From Alphaproteobacteria bacterium (GTDB lineage Bacteria > Pseudomonadota > Alphaproteobacteria > MPNO01 > UBA830): a DNA stretch of 64,000 nt. The stretch spans positions 4,000,001 through 4,064,000 of the forward strand of contig OZ251539.1 of assembly GCA_965243135.1 (NCBI GenBank), given 5' to 3'. Below, one piece after another: positions 61,761 to 64,000 of this stretch (positions are counted from its first letter, which is position 1; the number at the start of each line of letters is the position of its first letter). The translations under genes were made by a program, and so were the position numbers. The notes beneath the pieces were generated by a model. The model was given only the letters and a program-made list of their open reading frames with translations, had not been told where the DNA came from and did not search any database.

Positions 61761-62344
61761 CCGGAGTGGAGAACACGCTGCGGCGACCCGGAGCGTGGCT
61801 GTGCAAGGATATGCACAGGTTTTCCGTGGATTTTAATCAAAATATTTGAGGATCCTCCTCGGCGAGCATGCCGGACAAGCTCCGAGGGGGATGTGTCTTC
61901 CGGTGCCGCCCAAATGGAAGACACGATCAGCGTCCCACGGTTTCCTGTCGCCCCCGCAACTTGGGCTTGTATGGATGTTCTGCAAGCGTTTTTCAGCATG
62001 CGACGCACGCGGACTCTTCCGGTCGAGGATGCTGAAGCCTCGCGGCGGGACCGGAAGCGGATCCTGAACAGGTAGGTCGCCACGCGACCGAACGCTTACC
62101 TATCGCCGCCTGCCTTTGTCCATTTGCCTTGCCGGCTCGCGAGGCGGCCTTCGCTCCTCGAGCTTCGAATTGGCAACGAACGTGACGACGCCTCTGAACG
62201 CGGGCGAACGCCGACCCGGCGTTTTTCCAAGGCGTCTCCGGCCAACTCCTCCGAAGCGCCCCAACCGCAGGCGAAAGCGCTGGAACGCAGGGAGCATGAT
62301 CGGTTAAACTGCGGCACGGGCACGGACACCATAGGGATCGATCC

Positions 62345-64000
62345 ATGACGGAACGCATCGCGAAGGGAACGCTGCGGATCGCGAAACCGCTCTTCGATTT
62401 CGTCAACGACGAAGCGCTTCCCGGCTCCGGGATCGACCCCGAGGGATTCTGGAAATCCTTCGAAGCGATCCTGACCGACCTCGCGCCGAAAAACCGCGCC
62501 CTTCTCGCCCGCCGGGACGAACTCCAGGCCAGGATCGACGCATGGCACGGGGAACGGCGCGAACCGGATCCCGAAGCGTACAAGGCGTTCCTCGCCGAAA
62601 TCGGATACCTGGTGCCGGAAGGCGGCGACTTCGCCATCGAAACCGTCGGCGTCGACCCGGAAATCCGCGCCGTTCCGGGCCCCCAACTCGTCGTGCCCCT
62701 CACCAACGCGCGCTACGCGCTCAACGCCGCCAACGCCCGCTGGGGCAGCCTCTACGACGCGCTGTACGGCACCGACGCCATCCCCGAGGACGGCGGCACC
62801 GAGCGCGGCGGCGCCTACAACCCGGTTCGCGGAGCGCGCGTCATCGCCTTCGCCCGCCGGTTCCTCGACGAAGCGGCGCCGCTCGCCGCCGGCTCCCACG
62901 CCGACGCGACGGCTTACGCGGTCCGCGAGGGCCGGCTCGAGGTCGCCCTGCGCGGCGGCGGCGCGACCAGGCCGGCGGACGCCGCGCGCTTCGCCGGCTT
63001 CGCGGGAGACCCGGCGCGCCCGTCGTCGGTGCTCTTCGTCAATCACGGCCTGCATTTCGAGATCCGGATCGACCGCGAGCATCCGGTCGGACGGGACGAC
63101 GATGCGGGCATCGCAGACATCGTCGTGGAAGCGGCCGTGACGACGATCATAGACTGCGAGGATTCCGTCGCTACGGTCGATGCGGAAGACAAGGTCGCCG
63201 CCTATCGCAACTGGCTCGGATTGATGCGCGGCGGCCTGACCGCAAGCTTCGAGAAAGGCGGTCGCGCCGTGCAGCGCCGCCTCGCCACGGACCGGGTTTT
63301 CGTCGCGCCCGGCGGCGGCGAACTCCGCCTGCCGGGCCGCAGCCTGATGCTCGTTCGCAACGTCGGCCACCTCATGACCATGGACGCGATCCTCGATGCC
63401 GACGGCAACGAGACGCCGGAAGGCATCCTCGACGGCGTCGTGACCTCGCTCGCCGCCCTGCACGACGGCAAGGGACCGTATCGGAACTCCCGCGCGGGGT
63501 CGGTGTACATCGTCAAGCCGAAGATGCACGGCCCGGAAGAGGTGGCGTTCGCCTGCGAGCTGTTCGAGCGGATCGAGGACGCGCTCGGCCTCGCCCGGAA
63601 CGCGGTCAAGATGGGCATCATGGACGAGGAACGGCGGACCACCGTCAATCTCAAGGAATGCATCCGGGCCGCCCGCGAGCGCGTGGTGTTCATCAATACC
63701 GGCTTCCTCGACCGCACGGGCGACGAAATGCGCACTTCGATGGAAGCGGGACCCATGATCCGCAAGGGCGACATGAAAACGGCGCCCTGGATCAAGTCCT
63801 ACGAGGACTGGAACGTCGATGTCGGACTGGCCTGCGGATTCGCCGGCCGCGCGCAGATCGGCAAGGGAATGTGGGCGATGCCGGATCTGATGGCCGACAT
63901 GCTGGAGCAGAAAATCGGACACCCCGCTGCCGGCGCCAACACGGCCTGGGTGCCGTCCCCGACGGCCGCCACGCTTCATGCCGTTCACTACCACAAGGTC
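62345..64000 (+). CDS. glcB: Malate synthase G (runs off window)
   Basis: Own translation: [84 protein letters not shown]. Confidence 0.96.
   Translation, partial: MTERIAKGTLRIAKPLFDFVNDEALPGSGIDPEGFWKSFEAILTDLAPKNRALLARRDELQARIDAWHGERREPDPEAYKAFLAEIGYLVPEGGDFAIETVGVDPEIRAVPGPQLVVPLTNARYALNAANARWGSLYDALYGTDAIPEDGGTERGGAYNPVRGARVIAFARRFLDEAAPLAAGSHADATAYAVREGRLEVALRGGGATRPADAARFAGFAGDPARPSSVLFVNHGLHFEIRIDREHPVGRDDDAGIADIVVEAAVTTIIDCEDSVATVDAEDKVAAYRNWLGLMRGGLTASFEKGGRAVQRRLATDRVFVAPGGGELRLPGRSLMLVRNVGHLMTMDAILDADGNETPEGILDGVVTSLAALHDGKGPYRNSRAGSVYIVKPKMHGPEEVAFACELFERIEDALGLARNAVKMGIMDEERRTTVNLKECIRAARERVVFINTGFLDRTGDEMRTSMEAGPMIRKGDMKTAPWIKSYEDWNVDVGLACGFAGRAQIGKGMWAMPDLMADMLEQKIGHPAAGANTAWVPSPTAATLHAVHYHKV

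Overview
GC-rich alphaproteobacterial chromosome segment, plausibly a host-associated Rhodospirillales-like lineage (inference from gene content). Core and metabolic genes: mntR (partial), a glutaredoxin-like gene, an aerobic benzoate cluster (boxC-boxB-benzoate-CoA ligase-amidase-ICL/PEP-mutase family) divergent from a TRAP transporter, dksA, tRNA-Ala(GGC), class II aldolase, hsp20-DUF1150, an orphan Rieske oxygenase alpha subunit, phaR and glcB (partial). Accessory DNA is dense: ISKra4-like, IS4-like and ISAzo13-like elements with visible terminal repeats and target duplications, a group II intron, three full and one partial AAA-ATPase/PD-(D/E)XK genes, Rpn nuclease copies and several decayed toxin-antitoxin modules. 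The best candidate for an undescribed system is at 35.8-41.0 kb. Two divergent paralogous porin genes share a 107-bp inverted repeat (1 mismatch) over the RBS and signal peptide, and they bracket a 2.9-kb segment with two tandem tyrosine integrases and one recognisable promoter, the layout of an invertible porin switch. Next come an autotransporter-like gene with a C14 tract ahead of its signal peptide and a tandem triplication of length-variable membrane-anchored coiled-coil genes. Start codons and family names come from reading motifs by eye, with no database searches. Many frameshifts could be assembly errors.
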